A stretch of DNA of 63,869 nucleotides, the filler included, from Octopus bimaculoides (taxonomy: Eukaryota): NCBI RefSeq assembly GCF_001194135.2. It is 6 parts of 6 records of this genome, joined end to end, with 100 filler letters (N's around TTAATTAATTAA, not from the genome) between each part and the next. Parts side by side here need not be neighbours in the genome. Positions count along the whole stretch, not along the records: positions 1 to 29,125 come from NC_068990.1; 5 more parts are not named here. One strand, 5' to 3'. Of this stretch, positions 12,995 to 27,068 are shown one piece after another. Position 1 is the first letter of the stretch, and each line of letters begins with the position of its first letter. The position numbers and the translations under genes are program-made. Under the pieces are notes generated by a model. That model made no database searches and was not told the DNA's origin. It worked only from the letters and a program-made list of their open reading frames with translations.

Positions 12995-14479
12995 NNNNNN
13001 NNNNNNNNNNNNNNNNNNNNNNNNNNNNNNNNNNNNNNNNNNNNNNNNNNNNNNNNNNNNNNNNNNNNNNNNNNNNNNNNNNNNNNNNNNNNNNNNNNNN
13101 NNNNNNNNNNNNNNNNNNNNNNNNNNNNNNNNNNNNNNNNNNNNNNNNNNNNNNNNNNNNNNNNNNNNNNNNNNNNNNNNNNNNNNNNNNTATATATATA
13201 TATAAACACACTCACAATCACACACACACACATACACACAAACACACTCGCACACGTGTATGTATGCATACATGTATTTGTGTAAACAATCATACATACA
13301 TACATGCATATATACATACAACAATTGACACACAGAGATAAAAAATATATGTCGAGCAGCAACAGTATAGCAATCATTTCGGTTAAGCAGGTAATTCTAA
13401 TGAGAGGTTCTGGTTTACATTCTCACCATCTTGAGAAACTGAAACTATTTTGGAATAACTAGCTTCTAATCAGACACGCACTGGCAGTAATAGATGTGAT
13501 CAGAGAAATCTTTGACTAAACCGCTTAACTGCTTAACCATTTCGGAGAGATTAAAAGGGAGTGAAATCTGGTGAAGAAAGAGACAAGCTCTGTCGACCAT
13601 TGGTTCTTAATAGAAAACACTATATTGTTAGTGCTAGCAGTGACAACATTTTGTTTTAAAAGTCTTTGCATGCATGTACTGGCAGAGTTGACGGAAAAAG
13701 AGACAAATTTGGAGGTGATTTTAAATAGTGAGTACCATGCAGATTTTGGATGCAATACGAGCATCAAATATAGGGGCTTACCCCGACAGTGTACTACTAT
13801 CAGAACCATTATTACAGAGAAATGTCAGAGGATTGCGCAAAATTAATTACCATCCTTTTCAGCGAAGGATTGAAAACGTTTTCTACACTTTGAGATGCGT
13901 GAGTACTTGCAGCTTTTGCGATGCATGACAGCATTTCTGATTCGGATTATGTTGTTGCAGAAGATATGAGGCTGGGTAAAAGCCTTCCATTTTGTTAGGA
14001 TGTGTGGTTTCATCTCATGGTTTTAGACTATTTTCTTTATGTGAACTGTTGTAATTGTAGGTATGCTTGTGGAAAGTGAAAGGTCATGTCAAATACTTTT
14101 TTGGTCTCCTGTGTAACTACTTTTGATAGATCAGTGGTTAAATGCTTATATTGCCAGCGATAGTATACAACTGGTAGAGCTGAGACAAGTCAGCTGATGT
14201 GAAAAGTATCTTAGGAAATGCGAAATGAAAGCCGTTTAGTAGTATGTGAATGTGCGATAGGTATCCAAAAAAAAAAAAAACTGTCATTGGTAAAATTTAT
14301 ACGTACAGTTACGCTACGTTGATGATTCGTCAAGGTTTAGATCTAGAGGTAAGAAAATGATCAAGCACTTTACAATGTCTATCATGATGGTCAAGAATGA
14401 AGCTAGTTGATGCATAGAGTTGAGGATAGCCAAAAAGCTCAGCTTTTGCGCAGCCGTCATCTCTATGGAATAAGTGTGC

Positions 14480-14600
14480 AAGCGAAAATCTATTGTGAGC
14501 TTTGAAGTTACTGAGACGGATGACTTCAGAGGGGAGCGAACTACTCCATAACCTCTCACTACAGGAAGAGAAGTTGTCAAAAGTTGATGATCGCTAGAGT
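14480..14600 (-). mobile_element. possible CR1/L2-type LINE ORF2 C-terminal remnant
   Basis: Minus frame DNFSSCSERLWSSSLPSEVIRLSNFKA loosely resembles the LWNSLP..V....FK motif at LINE ORF2 ends. Single weak motif. Confidence 0.3.
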
Positions 14601-15804
14601 TCGTAGTGATACAAGAAATTGTTACATTTGTAGCACTATGGCTGAGAGATTAAGAGCCAGTGAAACTAGACTCTTTTGCTCAGTTTTGGATAGCCGGGAG
14701 AATTATATATACACACATATATATATATATATATGAACATATTCCACGTTTCGTAGTGAATTTTATGCGGCAGAAAATTAAGGGATTATCTCGGAAACAA
14801 ATACAATGTTTGTTGTACATATTAGTATGGAGTGATGTGCTACGTTGTGTCTAGTTTCAATCGGAACCCACGAATATGAGAAAAGGGGAGGAAGGATTTT
14901 CCGGTTAACTAAATTTTAGTTTTTATAATGTAAGTGCCAGTAGAGGTTATCAGTGTGTCTTAATATTCTGATAACTACCAGCCTGCAACCTTATTACATT
15001 ACCTGCATCAGAGTGAACTTTGACAAAAACTACAGGTTAGGAGGTGGTACTATACCAGATGGCGTGATATAACTACTGTAAGGGTAGTTAGGCTTATATC
15101 ATCCAATATATCGCTCATTTTGCAGGTGGCAGTGTGTAAAATTGATGGACGAGTGGTAATATTTCTGATGGGTATAGCAACCATGTGTAGGCTTCCTCGT
15201 TAACGTGAGCCTAGACAGATAACTAATAATCGCTGTTGGTGCAGAAACAGATGAAATAACTCACAACTGTAATGAACACATGTTTTCCTCAGTTTACAAG
15301 CTCAATTAAAACTCCTATGAGAAATTTGTCTTTTCAGTTCTCTTTCCATTTTAGAATACGACACACAGGTGAAAGACTCTTTAGATAGACACTTGATCGG
15401 CTAGAAATAGAAACAAAGTTTCCACGAAATCACTTTCTAACGATTTAACAATAAAGATATTGGATAAAGTAGTTCGAGTTATGTAATTACGAAAAAACCG
15501 ACAGCGCGGACAAAGCTACAAAATTTGATTATGAATATGTAGGAACTGTGCTCATATATATATACTAAAAGCAACAAGAACATCAACTGAAGCCGAAGTA
15601 GCATGTAAAACACCACCACTACCAACAACACAAACAGTAGTAGCAGCAATAAGAACAATAAGAACTGCAAAAGCAATAAAAGTGGTTGTCAGATTAGCGT
15701 CAGTATAAACACAGCATGCGAAGGCGAAGTTCAGGAGAGGCCGCGCATACACAGTCAGTTACAGAATACATTACGTCAACTGTTACTATCAACATCATAA
15801 TGTT

Positions 15805-15975
15805 GGATTAAAATTATAGCACAAGGCAAGTAAGTTCGAAGGTGGCCTAGTGGTTAATAACTACTCCAGTGCTCAACTGCTACTTATTTTATCGACTCCA
15901 AAAGGATGAAAGTCGACCTCGACGGATTTTGAAAACAGAACGTAAAGACGGACGAAATGTCATGAAGCCGCCTTT
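15805..15975 (-). mobile_element. SINE family A, diverged
   Basis: Reverse-complement body ttttatcgactccaaaaggatgaaagtcgacctcgacggattttgaaaacagaacgtaaagacggacgaaat. Confidence 0.75.
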
Positions 15976-15984
15976 ATCAACATT

Positions 15985-16169
15985 ATAATATCTGCTTCAA
16001 AGTTTAGCACAATTCCTACAGTTTTGGGAAAGAGGTTAAGTCGATTATATCAATCCCAGTGCTCAAATAGAAAAGCAAAGTCGAACCCATCAGAATTTTA
16101 ACTCAGGAAGGGAAAGAAGGAAGTGCTAACTGTCCGGAGTGCTAACTGGTCTGCCAGCTCGCCGCCTTA
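15985..16169 (-). mobile_element. SINE family A, diverged
   Basis: Ends in the reverse-complement head ctgccagctcgccgcctta; body gcaaagtcgaacccatcagaattttaactcag. Confidence 0.75.
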
Positions 16170-16185
16170 TGTCAGGATGATAATA

Positions 16186-16380
16186 TTAATCCTTTTTACT
16201 AAAGGCATAAAGCCTGAAATTATGGTGGGATTTGTTTAACGTGTAATTTATTTATCGACTCCGAATGGATGAAAGGCAAAGTCGGCCTGGGCGGAATTTG
16301 AACTCAAAATGTAGCGGCAGACGAAATACCGCTATGCATTTCACGCGGCATGTTAACGTTTCTGCCAGATTACCACCTTA
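16186..16380 (-). mobile_element. SINE family A
   Basis: ggatgaaaggcaaagtcggcctgggcggaatttgaactcaaaatgtagcggcagacgaaataccgctatgcatttc...ctgccagattaccacctta. Confidence 0.85.
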
Positions 16381-17031
16381 TATCAAAATCATAATATTAA
16401 TATTTGCAACTATATTATATACGTTTATTAAACGCTTCTGGTTGTTTACAATGTTGTTGTTGACGATGTTATTGTTGCGGCCATATGTTGTTTTGTTCTG
16501 AAGATTATTTATTTTTCTCTTCACTACGGGCGTTTGTTGGGAAAGCAAAGTTCAAAATAAAGTTACGTAAAATACAATATATAGACAAGGAAAATATTAT
16601 AATTATATAATGATGCGTTATCACCCAACCCTTAAAGCTACATCTGTCATCCGTCACTAAACTTCCTAAACTGAAGGCATGGGATGCATGGAAAAGAGTG
16701 AAACAATAGCGAACACAACAGCATCATCATCATCATCCTCATCATCGTCGTCGTCGTCGTCATCGTCGTCGTCGTCATCATTAGCAGCAGCAGCAGCAGA
16801 AAGAAAAAAGAAGAACGAGAACAACAGCAAACATGGTGGAGAGCATTGTCTAAATCATATTTGGCGGAAGTATCTGCTTCAAAGGATGTTGATTATAGTG
16901 ATAACTGTGTGATGCGGATAATTGATGATGCTGATGATGATTAAACAGCAAAACAAAGAATAACATTCACCTGAAAACACGCCCCCACTCAAAAACACAT
17001 GAATACAGACAGATGTGTGTTTGTGTGTGTG

Positions 17032-17064
<33 letters not shown>

Positions 17065-17410
17065 AGGAGCTGTGTAACATTCCTAACCAAGGATTGAACC
17101 TGAGTTTTCTCCTCCAATTGTGCACTTAAAATCCATTTNNNNNNNNNNNNNNNNNNNNNNNNNNNNNNNNNNNNNNNNNNNNNNNNNNNNNNNNNNNNNN
17201 NNNNNNNNNNNNNNNNNNNNNNNNNNNNNNNNNNNNNNNNNNNNNNNNNNNNNNNNNNNNNNNNNNNNNNNNNNNNNNNNNNNNNNNNNNNNNNNNNNNN
17301 NNNNNNNNNNNNNNNNNNNNNNNNNNNNNNNNNNNNNNNNNNNNNNNNNNNNNNNNNNNNNNNNNNNNNNNNNNNNNNNNNNNNNNNNNNNNNNNNNNNN
17401 NNNNNNNNNN

Positions 17411-18108
17411 CCCAAAACGAAGGTGCGGTGCGTAGGTATAAGAGAGTATGTGCGTGTGGAAGAGGGCTGGTGATCTTGACGTGTGTGTGAGTGTATGTGT
17501 AGGTGTGTGGATGTGGGGCTGGGAAGTGGTCAGTGCTAGTGTGTGCGTGCTGCTGTGATGTGATGTGGTGTTGTGTGGTATGGTGGTGTATGGTGTAGTG
17601 GTGTGTTTGTAGTGTGATGGTGTTGGGAAGTGGGGGAAGCGAGAGCGGGGACAGCAAGGGTGGGTGGTGGTAGGGGTGGTGCATGTCGGTAGGATGAGGG
17701 TGGGGTAGAGGTGGGGTATGTGGGTAGGCTGAGGTTGGGGGTAGAGGTGGGTAGGGATGGATAGGAAGGTGGGGTTGGATTTGGGTTACGCGGGAGGAGT
17801 GATGATAAAGGGAGAAGGGAGAAGGCGGGTAGGAGTGAAGAGAAGAGAGAAGGTGAGTAGGAATGAAGAGAAGAAGTAGGAGTCGGAGCAAGAAAGGAGA
17901 GGTGGATGGGAGGAAGTAGGCGTGAGGGGGAGAGAGGAGAGGGGAGTAGGTTAGATGAAGAGGGGAGGAGAATTGAGTCCATGTGGCGTAGTGGAGCGAA
18001 GAGAGAAGATTAATCCCTGTTGACGGTGCAAACGGGAGTCCGGAAGGTCCTTGTACAAAGACAGTCCGAACACAGACAGGTGTTGCAAAGACCAGTAGAG
18101 CGGAAATG
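17411..18108 (-). mobile_element. Penelope-like element 3' remnant: GIY-YIG endonuclease C-terminus plus C-rich tail
   Basis: Minus strand HFRSTG, a frameshift, then SLQHLSVFGLSLYKDLPDSRLHRQQGLIFSLRSTTPHGLNSPPLFI* (stop 17951-17953). This fits the HF...HS..LSV.GL...R...EQ.LIF.L.T..P.GLN ending of PLE GIY-YIG domains. About 540 bp of C/A-rich tail follows and runs into a gap. Confidence 0.7.
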
Positions 18109-18539
18109 TATGTGTGTAAACATTCATACATATACATATCTATATATATGCTTACACGGAAGTACACATACATACATACATACATACATACTTACAAGCA
18201 TGCATCACATTTTAGCTTAAATATTCATAGATTATGTCAGATCAAAAGCTTTTAAAATAGAATTTTAATTGTTTTTCATAATTGTTATCGTTTTCGTTGT
18301 TATTTTTTACTGTTATTGTTGTTTTTCTCTTCAGGGAAGAAAATTGTTAAAGTAATGAAAACGTTGAAGAAAGGCACAAAAAAAAAAAAAATGAACAAAC
18401 ATTAAGAGGAGGAAGGAGAAAATAAATTTTTTTAAAAATACAGTTCATCACTCGTTTAAAACTATACATAAGAAATATTGCAAGGTAAGAAGAAGGGAAT
18501 GAGGATGAGGATTTTTACTGATGGTGGAGATGTTGATGT

Positions 18540-19030
18540 TGATCATGAAAAGGAAAAGCAGCTTGCGGGGTAGATGTAGTAGTAGGTGAAGGAGGAGGAG
18601 CAGTTGCAGGAAGTGATGGTGAGGAGTAGTGTGAGTGAAGACTGAAGAAGGAGAGTGATGTTGGTGGTAATGACGCCACGACTTGTGGTAGTGATGATAG
18701 TGATGGTGTAGGTGCTGGTGCTGGTGTTACCGATAGTGGTGGGGATGCTTTTGGTAATGATGGTAGTATTAATGATGACGGCGGTGGTGGTGCTGCTGTT
18801 GGTGGTTGCGGTGGTGGTGGTGGTGGTGCTGGTGGTGGTGGTGCTGGTTGTGGTGGTGGTGATGGTGGTGATGGTGGTGGTGGTGGTGGTGGCGGTGATG
18901 CTGTGGAGGAGGAGGTGAAAGGGGAATAGAAGGAGGAGAAGGAGGAGGAAGATAAAGGCGAGTAGGTGGAGGATGATGATAATGAAAATGATGATGATGT
19001 AATGATGACGATGACGATGTTCTTAATGAA
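18540..19030. repeat. GGT/GAT/GGA trinucleotide low-complexity tract
   Basis: Degenerate (GGT)n and (GAT)n; explains the Pro-, Val- and Ser-rich spurious ORFs. Confidence 0.9.
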
Positions 19031-19557
19031 CATGATGATGCTAATTATGAAATTTTAAGTGGGCCAATGAAAATTCTAAATAGAAATAATGAGCCTGTGG
19101 AATAAAATTAATTTTAGCACTTGGAATTAATTAGAATTCTTACACAACATGGCCTGGCAGCAATACTAAAATCCGGATTTAATTTAATGCAATTAACTTT
19201 TAATTAGTTTTCTTCAGTGAATTAATAACAGAAAGCCAGTATTAATCACTGGGAAGGGAAGAATAACAGAGAGAATATGAAGACTAAATTAATAAAGGAA
19301 AGGAAGCATTTGAAATTAGTCCGCTGAGAGGAAATAGACCATTTTTTTCTAATATGAAGTACTTAATTTCATTATGATATGCTTAGCAGATTTTTGTGGT
19401 ACTTCATAAAAGTTATATCAGGTACTCTGTTGATACAAACGGGATTAAGGGGTGGATGGAAAGGCACGGTGGTTTATAGATCCACCTTTGTTCTGAGAAA
19501 CATACAGGCAAATATATTTTGTATTAAATATTTCGATTAAATGTTAAGCATACGTGC

Positions 19558-19597
<40 letters not shown>

Positions 19598-19608
19598 GTC
19601 TGTCTGTA

Positions 19609-19639
<31 letters not shown>

Positions 19640-19830
19640 GTATGTATGTATGTATGTATGTATGTATGTGTCTGTCTGTTTGCCCGCCTGCCTGCCTGTC
19701 CCTCTGTATATTTGTCTGTCTACCTGTTTATTTGCCTCATTATTTCCCTCTCTCTCTGAGTATATATGTGTGTGTATGTGTAGGTATGTGCGTGTATGTG
19801 TGTGTATGTGTGTATGTGTGTGTGGGTGTT

Positions 19831-19861
<31 letters not shown>

Positions 19862-20639
19862 GGAGGCCGGTACCTTCAAACTGGAAAGAACTCATATTAT
19901 CTTCAGAAAGAAGAGTGACAAATGTGAGTGTTAGGCTACTTATGTAGGATAATATACAATAATGAAACGACAGATGAAGAAGAGGAGAATTACTAGCGTA
20001 AAGGTGAATACGGAGAAAAGTCACATGATATTAAAATGAAATGTATGGCAGTAAAATATGAAGAAGTGGACACGGTAAGAAGAGGAGTAAAAACGAAATT
20101 AAAACTGAAGTAAAGAATGGATGACAAATCTATGTCCCATCCTGTCGTTTTGAAAAGCTGGAGTATCAAAAACAGGTCATAACATTAAGTCTAGAGGAGA
20201 ATCGATTAAAAAGAGGGAATATAAGACAAAAAACGTTGCGTAGAAGAAGCAGTGATACATTTTGGAACATGATGTAGCGTAAGTGCCTACATGTACAAAT
20301 AAAATGGTCTGCCATGAAACTGTTAAGAACTAGTGCATGAATACCTATATAAATATGGACTATAAAAATAGGAAAAACCATTTATATAAATAAAAATAAT
20401 ATTCTTATGTTCTTATGAGAGTCACTTATTTCGTCTCCCGGTTAACTCCGACATATCTCTCTTAGTATAAGCCCCGTTCTCTGCAGTCTATGTTTCTCTG
20501 AAAAGTATCTTGCGCGTCGCCATTTCTCTTCTCCATAAAATTCACAGAATGAATAACCAACCTTACGTAAAGTTATACATATAAGCATTTATGGGCGTGT
20601 CCCTCACTCCTTTTTACGAAAAGACGTGATTTAAGCGAA

Positions 20640-20790
20640 TTCAAAGCTGAGAAACTAAGGAAATGATGATTGATTTCTCAGGTTGCAAATCAAAGGAAGA
20701 ATCATACAATGGATTTATCATGGACACAGATAAACTTCTCAAAGTTATTTTGGTCGGACACATTATCATGAAGATCCTTTCACTATTGTA
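20640..20790 (+). mobile_element. LINE reverse-transcriptase remnant (L2/Crack/Rex-like, late RT motifs)
   Basis: TKEMMIDFS from 20654 matches KTKEM(V/I)IDF. The downstream DTDKLLKVIL and SDTLS* resemble ..FKLLGVIL..DLSW. Confidence 0.5.
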
Positions 20791-20893
20791 GCGTTTATTG
20801 AAACTAATGGGTTACAGGATAAACTAAGAAATATATTGAAATGCGTGAAATAATAGATGTGCAAATATGCATTGGTTTCAGGTGTAGATCGTT

Positions 20894-20932
<39 letters not shown>

Positions 20933-21689
20933 GTATGTATGTAAATGTGTAAAAAAAGTGATGCGTTTGGCAGTTTAATTGAATAAATGTTGAGGTAGTG
21001 GTGGTGTTGAGGACATGACTGACAATTGATAGATGGACAACTCTTAAGAATTATTAATATTTATGTTATACTTGGTAAATATCTAATAATATATAATATA
21101 CATTCACAAACACGGAAACACAAGAAGTTCATACGCATACTCGCACACACGTACTTATGTATGTGTATGCGTATATNNNNNNNNNNNNNNNNNNNNNNNN
21201 NNNNNNNNNNNNNNNNNNNNNNNNNNNNNNNNNNNNNNNNNNNNNNNNNNNNNNNNNNNNNNNNNNNNNNNNNNNNNNNNNNNNNNNNNNNNNNNNNNNN
21301 NNNNNNNNNNNNNNNNNNNNNNNNNNNNNNNNNNNNNNNNNNNNNNNNNNNNNNNNNNNNNNNNNNNNNNNNNNNNNNNNNNNNNNNNNNNNNNNNNNNN
21401 NNNNNNNNNNNNNNNNNNNNNNNNNNNNNNNNNNNNNNNNNNNNNNNNNNNNNNNNNNNNNNNNNNNNNNNNNNNNNNNNNNNNNNNNNNNNNNNNNNNN
21501 NNNNNNNNNNNNNNNNNNNNNNNNNNNNNNNNNNNNNNNNNNNNNNNNNNNNNNNNNNNNNTATATATATATATATATATATATATATTTACATATATAT
21601 ATCGATATTTTTATACATATATGTATTTATGAATGCATATCACCATCGTTCCCAACTAGCGGTAACGTCAGTGTTCCCATCACCAACAA

Positions 21690-22380
21690 TGCCATCATTC
21701 TCCATCTGCATCGTGACGACAACGACCACCACTATCACCACCGGGTCAGCACCAACATCTCATATTCTAAATCGTTACCACTATCATCATCATCATCATC
21801 AATTATACTATAGCTGTATATTTCACCACTGCGTGAACCAACATCGCTGGCATCATAAGAACCATAACCATTAGTATAACCACGTAATTTACCAACCACT
21901 CCACCAGTAAAATACCTCCCTCCGCCATTAATATCACTCCTCACTACCATCACTACCACCATCACCACCACCACCACCGTATCAAGATCTCGTACGATCA
22001 CTTGTACCACAATCATGATGACTATCAAAACTACACCACCATCGCCATTACCACCATCCCCCACTGCTACCATATTTTTGTCACTTCTCTTACTACCACC
22101 ACCAGCACAACCACAACCACCAACACAATAGTCTATATCCACCTTCATTGCTTCCACCGTTATGGCTCCCCTGTGAACCACCACAAACATCATCGGAATC
22201 AAGACCACTACCTATACTACCGCCTACATTAACTCCACCACCGTCAACGTTACGACGACTACCACCACCACACAATCGCCACCACCACCACCACTAACAC
22301 CACCATTATCGCCATCTCCTCCATCAGCACCACCCCCGCCAACACCGCCAACACCACCATCACTATGTTCATCTTGAAAC
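21690..22380. repeat. CAC/CAT/CAA trinucleotide low-complexity tract
   Basis: Degenerate (ACC)n and (ATC)n; source of the His/Thr-rich spurious ORFs. Confidence 0.9.
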
Positions 22381-24332
22381 ACCATTGACATTATTAATAT
22401 AAAAATTCCCTTTCGAAAATAATATATAAAAATGTCGCGTTATCGTTCTATAAGACCTTATCAAACAAAAGCCAGCATTCAGTTCCATTAAAGCATTCTT
22501 GACCACAGTCCATTCTGTATGTCACCTACCCACTGCCACAAAATATAAGCAGCCATGATATCACCCCCTCCACTCCAACCGCGACCTACCCACGCTAGAT
22601 TGATCACAGAAAGGTCGAAATGGGAACAAAAAAATATATTTTCGTTTGCAAATCGCCAAACTTAATATTTTGTTATTTCCTTGTTCGTATTTTTGTTGCT
22701 GTTACTGGAGTTGTTGTCGTTGTTGCTGTATGTGTTCTTGTCGTCATTGTCAGCATTGTTACTTTGTTGTTGTTGTTGCTGTTATTAATTTTGTTGTAAT
22801 TGTTGTTGTTGCAGCTGTTACTCTTACCGGCTTTGTTATTATTGTTGTTCTCTGTTTGTGTTTCTATTTGTTGTGTTTCTTACTGTTGTTGTTCTTGTTG
22901 TTTTGGCTGCCGATGTTCTTGTTATTGCTTTTAATAATTTCGTATTTCTGGTTATATTTTGTAATATATTACTCTTTCACTTTCTTCCGCTACATTTTTT
23001 TTTTGTAATAGTTGATATATTTTCGTCGTGGCTGTTGATTTTGATGGTAGCGCCGTTATTGTTGCTGTTACTGTTAGTATTGTACTAGTTATAGTCGCTA
23101 AAGTTACACACGCACACACACACACACACGCGCGCGCAGAAACATACGCACACATATACACATTCATACACCCAGACATATATACATATATACATTAGTA
23201 CATAGACTCACAATCATATATGCATGTAAATGTATATCAATCTACGTGTATGTACTTACATACATACATATATACATACATACACGCATACATACATACA
23301 TACATATTCATGCATTCATGCATACACACACCACACACGCACACACACACATATATACATATGTGTGTATGTGTGTTTATATATATATATATATATATAT
23401 ATATNNNNNNNNNNNNNNNNNNNNNNNNNNNNNNNNNNNNNNNNNNNNNNNNNNNNNNNNNNNNNNNNNNNNNNNNNNNNNNNNNNNNNNNNNNNNNNNN
23501 NNNNNNNNNNNNNNNNNNNNNNNNNNNNNNNNNNNNNNNNNNNNNNNNNNNNNNNNNNNNNNNNNNNNNNNNNNNNNNNNNNNNNNNNNNNNNNNNNNNN
23601 NNNNNNNNNNNNNNNNNNNNNNNNNNNNNNNNNNNNNNNNNNNNNNNNNNNNNNNNNNNNNNNNNNNNNNNNNNNNNNNNNNNNNNNNNNNNNNNNNNNN
23701 NNNNNNNNNNNNNNNNNNNNNNNNNNNNNNNNNNNNNNNNNNNNNNNNNNNNNNNNNNNNNNNNNNNNNNNNNNNNNNNNNNNNNNNNNNNNNNNNNNNN
23801 NNNNNNNNNNNNNNNNNNNNNNNNNNNNNNNNNNNNNNNNNNNNNNNNNNNNNNNNNNNNNNNNNNNNNNNNNNNNNNNNNNNNNNNNNNNNNNNNNNNN
23901 NNNNNNNNNNNNNNNNNNNNNNNNNNNNNNNNNNNNNNNNNNNNNNNNNNNNNNNNNNNNNNNNNNNNNNNNNNNNNNNNNNNNNNNNNNNNNNNNNNNN
24001 NNNNNNNNNNNNNNNNNNNNNNNNNNNNNNNNNNNNNNNNNNNNNNNNNNNNNNNNNNNNNNNNNNNNNNNNNNNNNNNNNNNNNNNNNNNNNNNNNNNN
24101 NNNNNNNNNNNNNNNNNNNNNNNNNNNNNNNNNNNNNNNNNNNNNNNNNNNNNNNNNNNNNNNNNNNNNNNNNNNNNNNNNNNNNNNNNNNNNNNNNNNN
24201 NNNNNNNNNNNNNNNNNNNNNNNNNNNNNNNNNNNNNNNNNNNNNNNNNNNNNNNNNNNNNNNNNNNNNNNNNNNNNNNNNNNNNNNNNNNNNNNNNNNN
24301 NNNNNNNNNNNNNNNNNNNNNNNNNNNNNNNN

Positions 24333-24369
<37 letters not shown>

Positions 24370-24863
24370 GTATAGACATATTCTAGGATATTATGTTTTT
24401 ACATGTATATTTTCCCTTATTACTAATGTCCGTTGTAACTTTATATATATTATTTTCCTTGTTGTTGCTATTGCTGCTGGTGTCGTTGTTGTTGTGGAGT
24501 TGATTGTGGTGTCGGTCATTTGTGCTGTCGCCGTGATTGTCGCAGAGCTGTGGTGCTATTGCTGACGGTTTGGTGACAGTGAATGCTGTTGCTGTTGTGT
24601 TTGATGATGAGGACGATGATGATGTCTTACTAATGTCATAGGCTACTATTTGTTTTAGCCAGTGTTGGCGGGGTTATGTGTTGTACGTATGTGTGAGCTT
24701 AAAATCCGCTTTTTTATTTGTTCCTAACACGAAAACTGGAAAGAATTTATTCTAGAATATACTTAAAGGTTCCTGTAAGAATGTTTTTGCTTTTTTAATA
24801 TACTTTTTTTTAATTTCCCGCCTTTTCTATTTTTATTTCCTAGTCGTGTATCATTGTATGTGC

Positions 24864-24920
<57 letters not shown>

Positions 24921-26569
24921 ATTATCTGTGTGTATGTGCGTGTTTGTGTGTGTATGTCTATAAATACATACAAACAAGCATATGTAGTGTAGTTATGAGT
25001 ATACGGGTAAACAAACGTATATATATTTATAAAATATGTGTATATAAGGTACATAGGTATATATATGTACACGTACATACATTTATATATACATATACAT
25101 ATNNNNNNNNNNNNNNNNNNNNNNNNNNNNNNNNNNNNNNNNNNNNNNNNNNNNNNNNNNNNNNNNNNNNNNNNNNNNNNNNNNNNNNNNNNNNNNNNNN
25201 NNNNNNNNNNNNNNNNNNNNNNNNNNNNNNNNNNNNNNNNNNNNNNNNNNNNNNNNNNNNNNNNNNNNNNNNNNNNNNNNNNNNNNNNNNNNNNNNNNNN
25301 NNNNNNNNNNNNNNNNNNNNNNNNNNNATATATATATATATATATATAATATATATATGTATATACATAATACAGAGAAAGATTATGACACGCATGCCTA
25401 ATATATATGTGTGTTTGTGCATGGCTGTGTGATAGTGTGTGCGTTTTCAGGTATTTGTGTGTGGTGGTATATGTATGCAGGTGTGACGTGTCAAATATGA
25501 ACGGAACTAGCAAATTAATCTCCCAAAATATACTTGGACAGGCCATAATATGATTTGCGTATATATATTTATATATACATACGTACATACACACACAAAA
25601 ACACACGCTCACACACACAAACTCGCAGACACATACGAGCACACAAACACACAAACACATACACCTTCCCTGATCTATTTTAATGAATGGTTTGGTTGTT
25701 GCTGAGTGGTTGGACATGTAAATCACCGTGTTGGAAATACGGCAAAAATAACTGAAAAGACCTCACACAAGTTATATATTTAAATATATATATATATATA
25801 AATATATATATATATNNNNNNNNNNNNNNNNNNNNNNNNNNNNNNNNNNNNNNNNNNNNNNNNNNNNNNNNNNNNNNNNNNNNNNNNNNNNNNNNNNNNN
25901 NNNNNNNNNNNNNNNNNNNNNNNNNNNNNNNNNNNNNNNNNNNNNNNNNNNNNNNNNNNNNNNNNNNNNNNNNNNNNNNNNNNNNNNNNNNNNNNNNNNN
26001 NNNNNNNNNNNNNNNNNNNNNNNNNNNNNNNNNNNNNNNNNNNNNNNNNNNNNNNNNNNNNNNNNNNNNNNNNNNNNNNNNNNNNNNNNNNNNNNNNNNN
26101 NNNNNNNNNNNNNNNNNNNNNNNNNNNNNNNNNNNNNNNNNNNNNNNNNNNNTACGTTCTCATGTGCATACGTAGACATTCACTTTCATTTGTTTTCGTA
26201 TTTTCTTTTCGATTTCTATTTTGGAAGGAACTAGGTTTAATAACCATGCCTTTTTTTTTTTACCTTACTGGGAAAGATCCTTGAGATTAATTTTCTGTTT
26301 TAAAATCTATGGCCAAAATCTAGATCGACAAATTTATCTCTGAAACAAAATGAACTTATTTTTAAGAAGCACAAATACGAGGCTTTAATAAATACTTTTT
26401 CATTGCCCAGTTAAAGAAGATAAGGCAGACGGTTTGCTTCTTTTTTTGAACACCCGACAGGAATGAAGAAAATTGTGGAATTGGATCCTTAGATCAGAGA
26501 TCTGTTCTGAATGTTTGTACGTGACCGAACTCTGTAAAATAGATCTAATATCCTGGTGGGGTTGGTGTT

Positions 26570-26700
26570 AACCCATGCGATGGATCAACTTCACCAATGG
26601 AGCTAAATTCACAGATTACTTTCTCTGGGTTTAACTGGCAGAACAGTTATTTGATTTTGTAGTTACTTGATGCAGTATGACATTGCTGCACATGAAAAAT
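26570..26700 (+). mobile_element. possible CR1/L2 LINE RT remnant
   Basis: LVLTHAMDQLHQWS*IHRLLSLGLTGRTVI*FCSYL resembles LDLSKAFD.V.H..LL.KL.SLG..G..L.W..SYL. Degenerate, with stops. Confidence 0.35.
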
Positions 26701-26768
26701 AGATCATGCAATGTGCTGCAGATTATGGCATTTACTTGAATATAAAAATATAACTTTAGTATGTACAA

Positions 26769-26991
26769 TTTTACTCTTTTACGTTTTTCAGTCATTTGAA
26801 TGCGAACATGCCGGAGCACCGCCTTTAGTCGAAGAAATCGACTCCAGGACTTATTCTTTGAAAGCCTAGTATTTATTCTATCGGTTTCTTTTTGCCGAAT
26901 CGCTAGGAATCAGGGACATAAACACACCAACATCGGTTGTGAAGCGATGGGGGGTGGACAAGCTGACACTAAGACACACACATAAATACAC

Positions 26992-27068
<77 letters not shown>

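Noticed and set aside
13400-14260. Non-repetitive stretch with short ORFs (13525-13928), possible exon or LINE remnant
   Set aside because: No recognisable domain; RT-like words are isolated and out of order, and no supported splice pair was found.
18020-18108. Possible plus-strand exon ending at a GTATGT donor
   Set aside because: No polypyrimidine acceptor; better explained as the antisense of the PLE GIY-YIG remnant.
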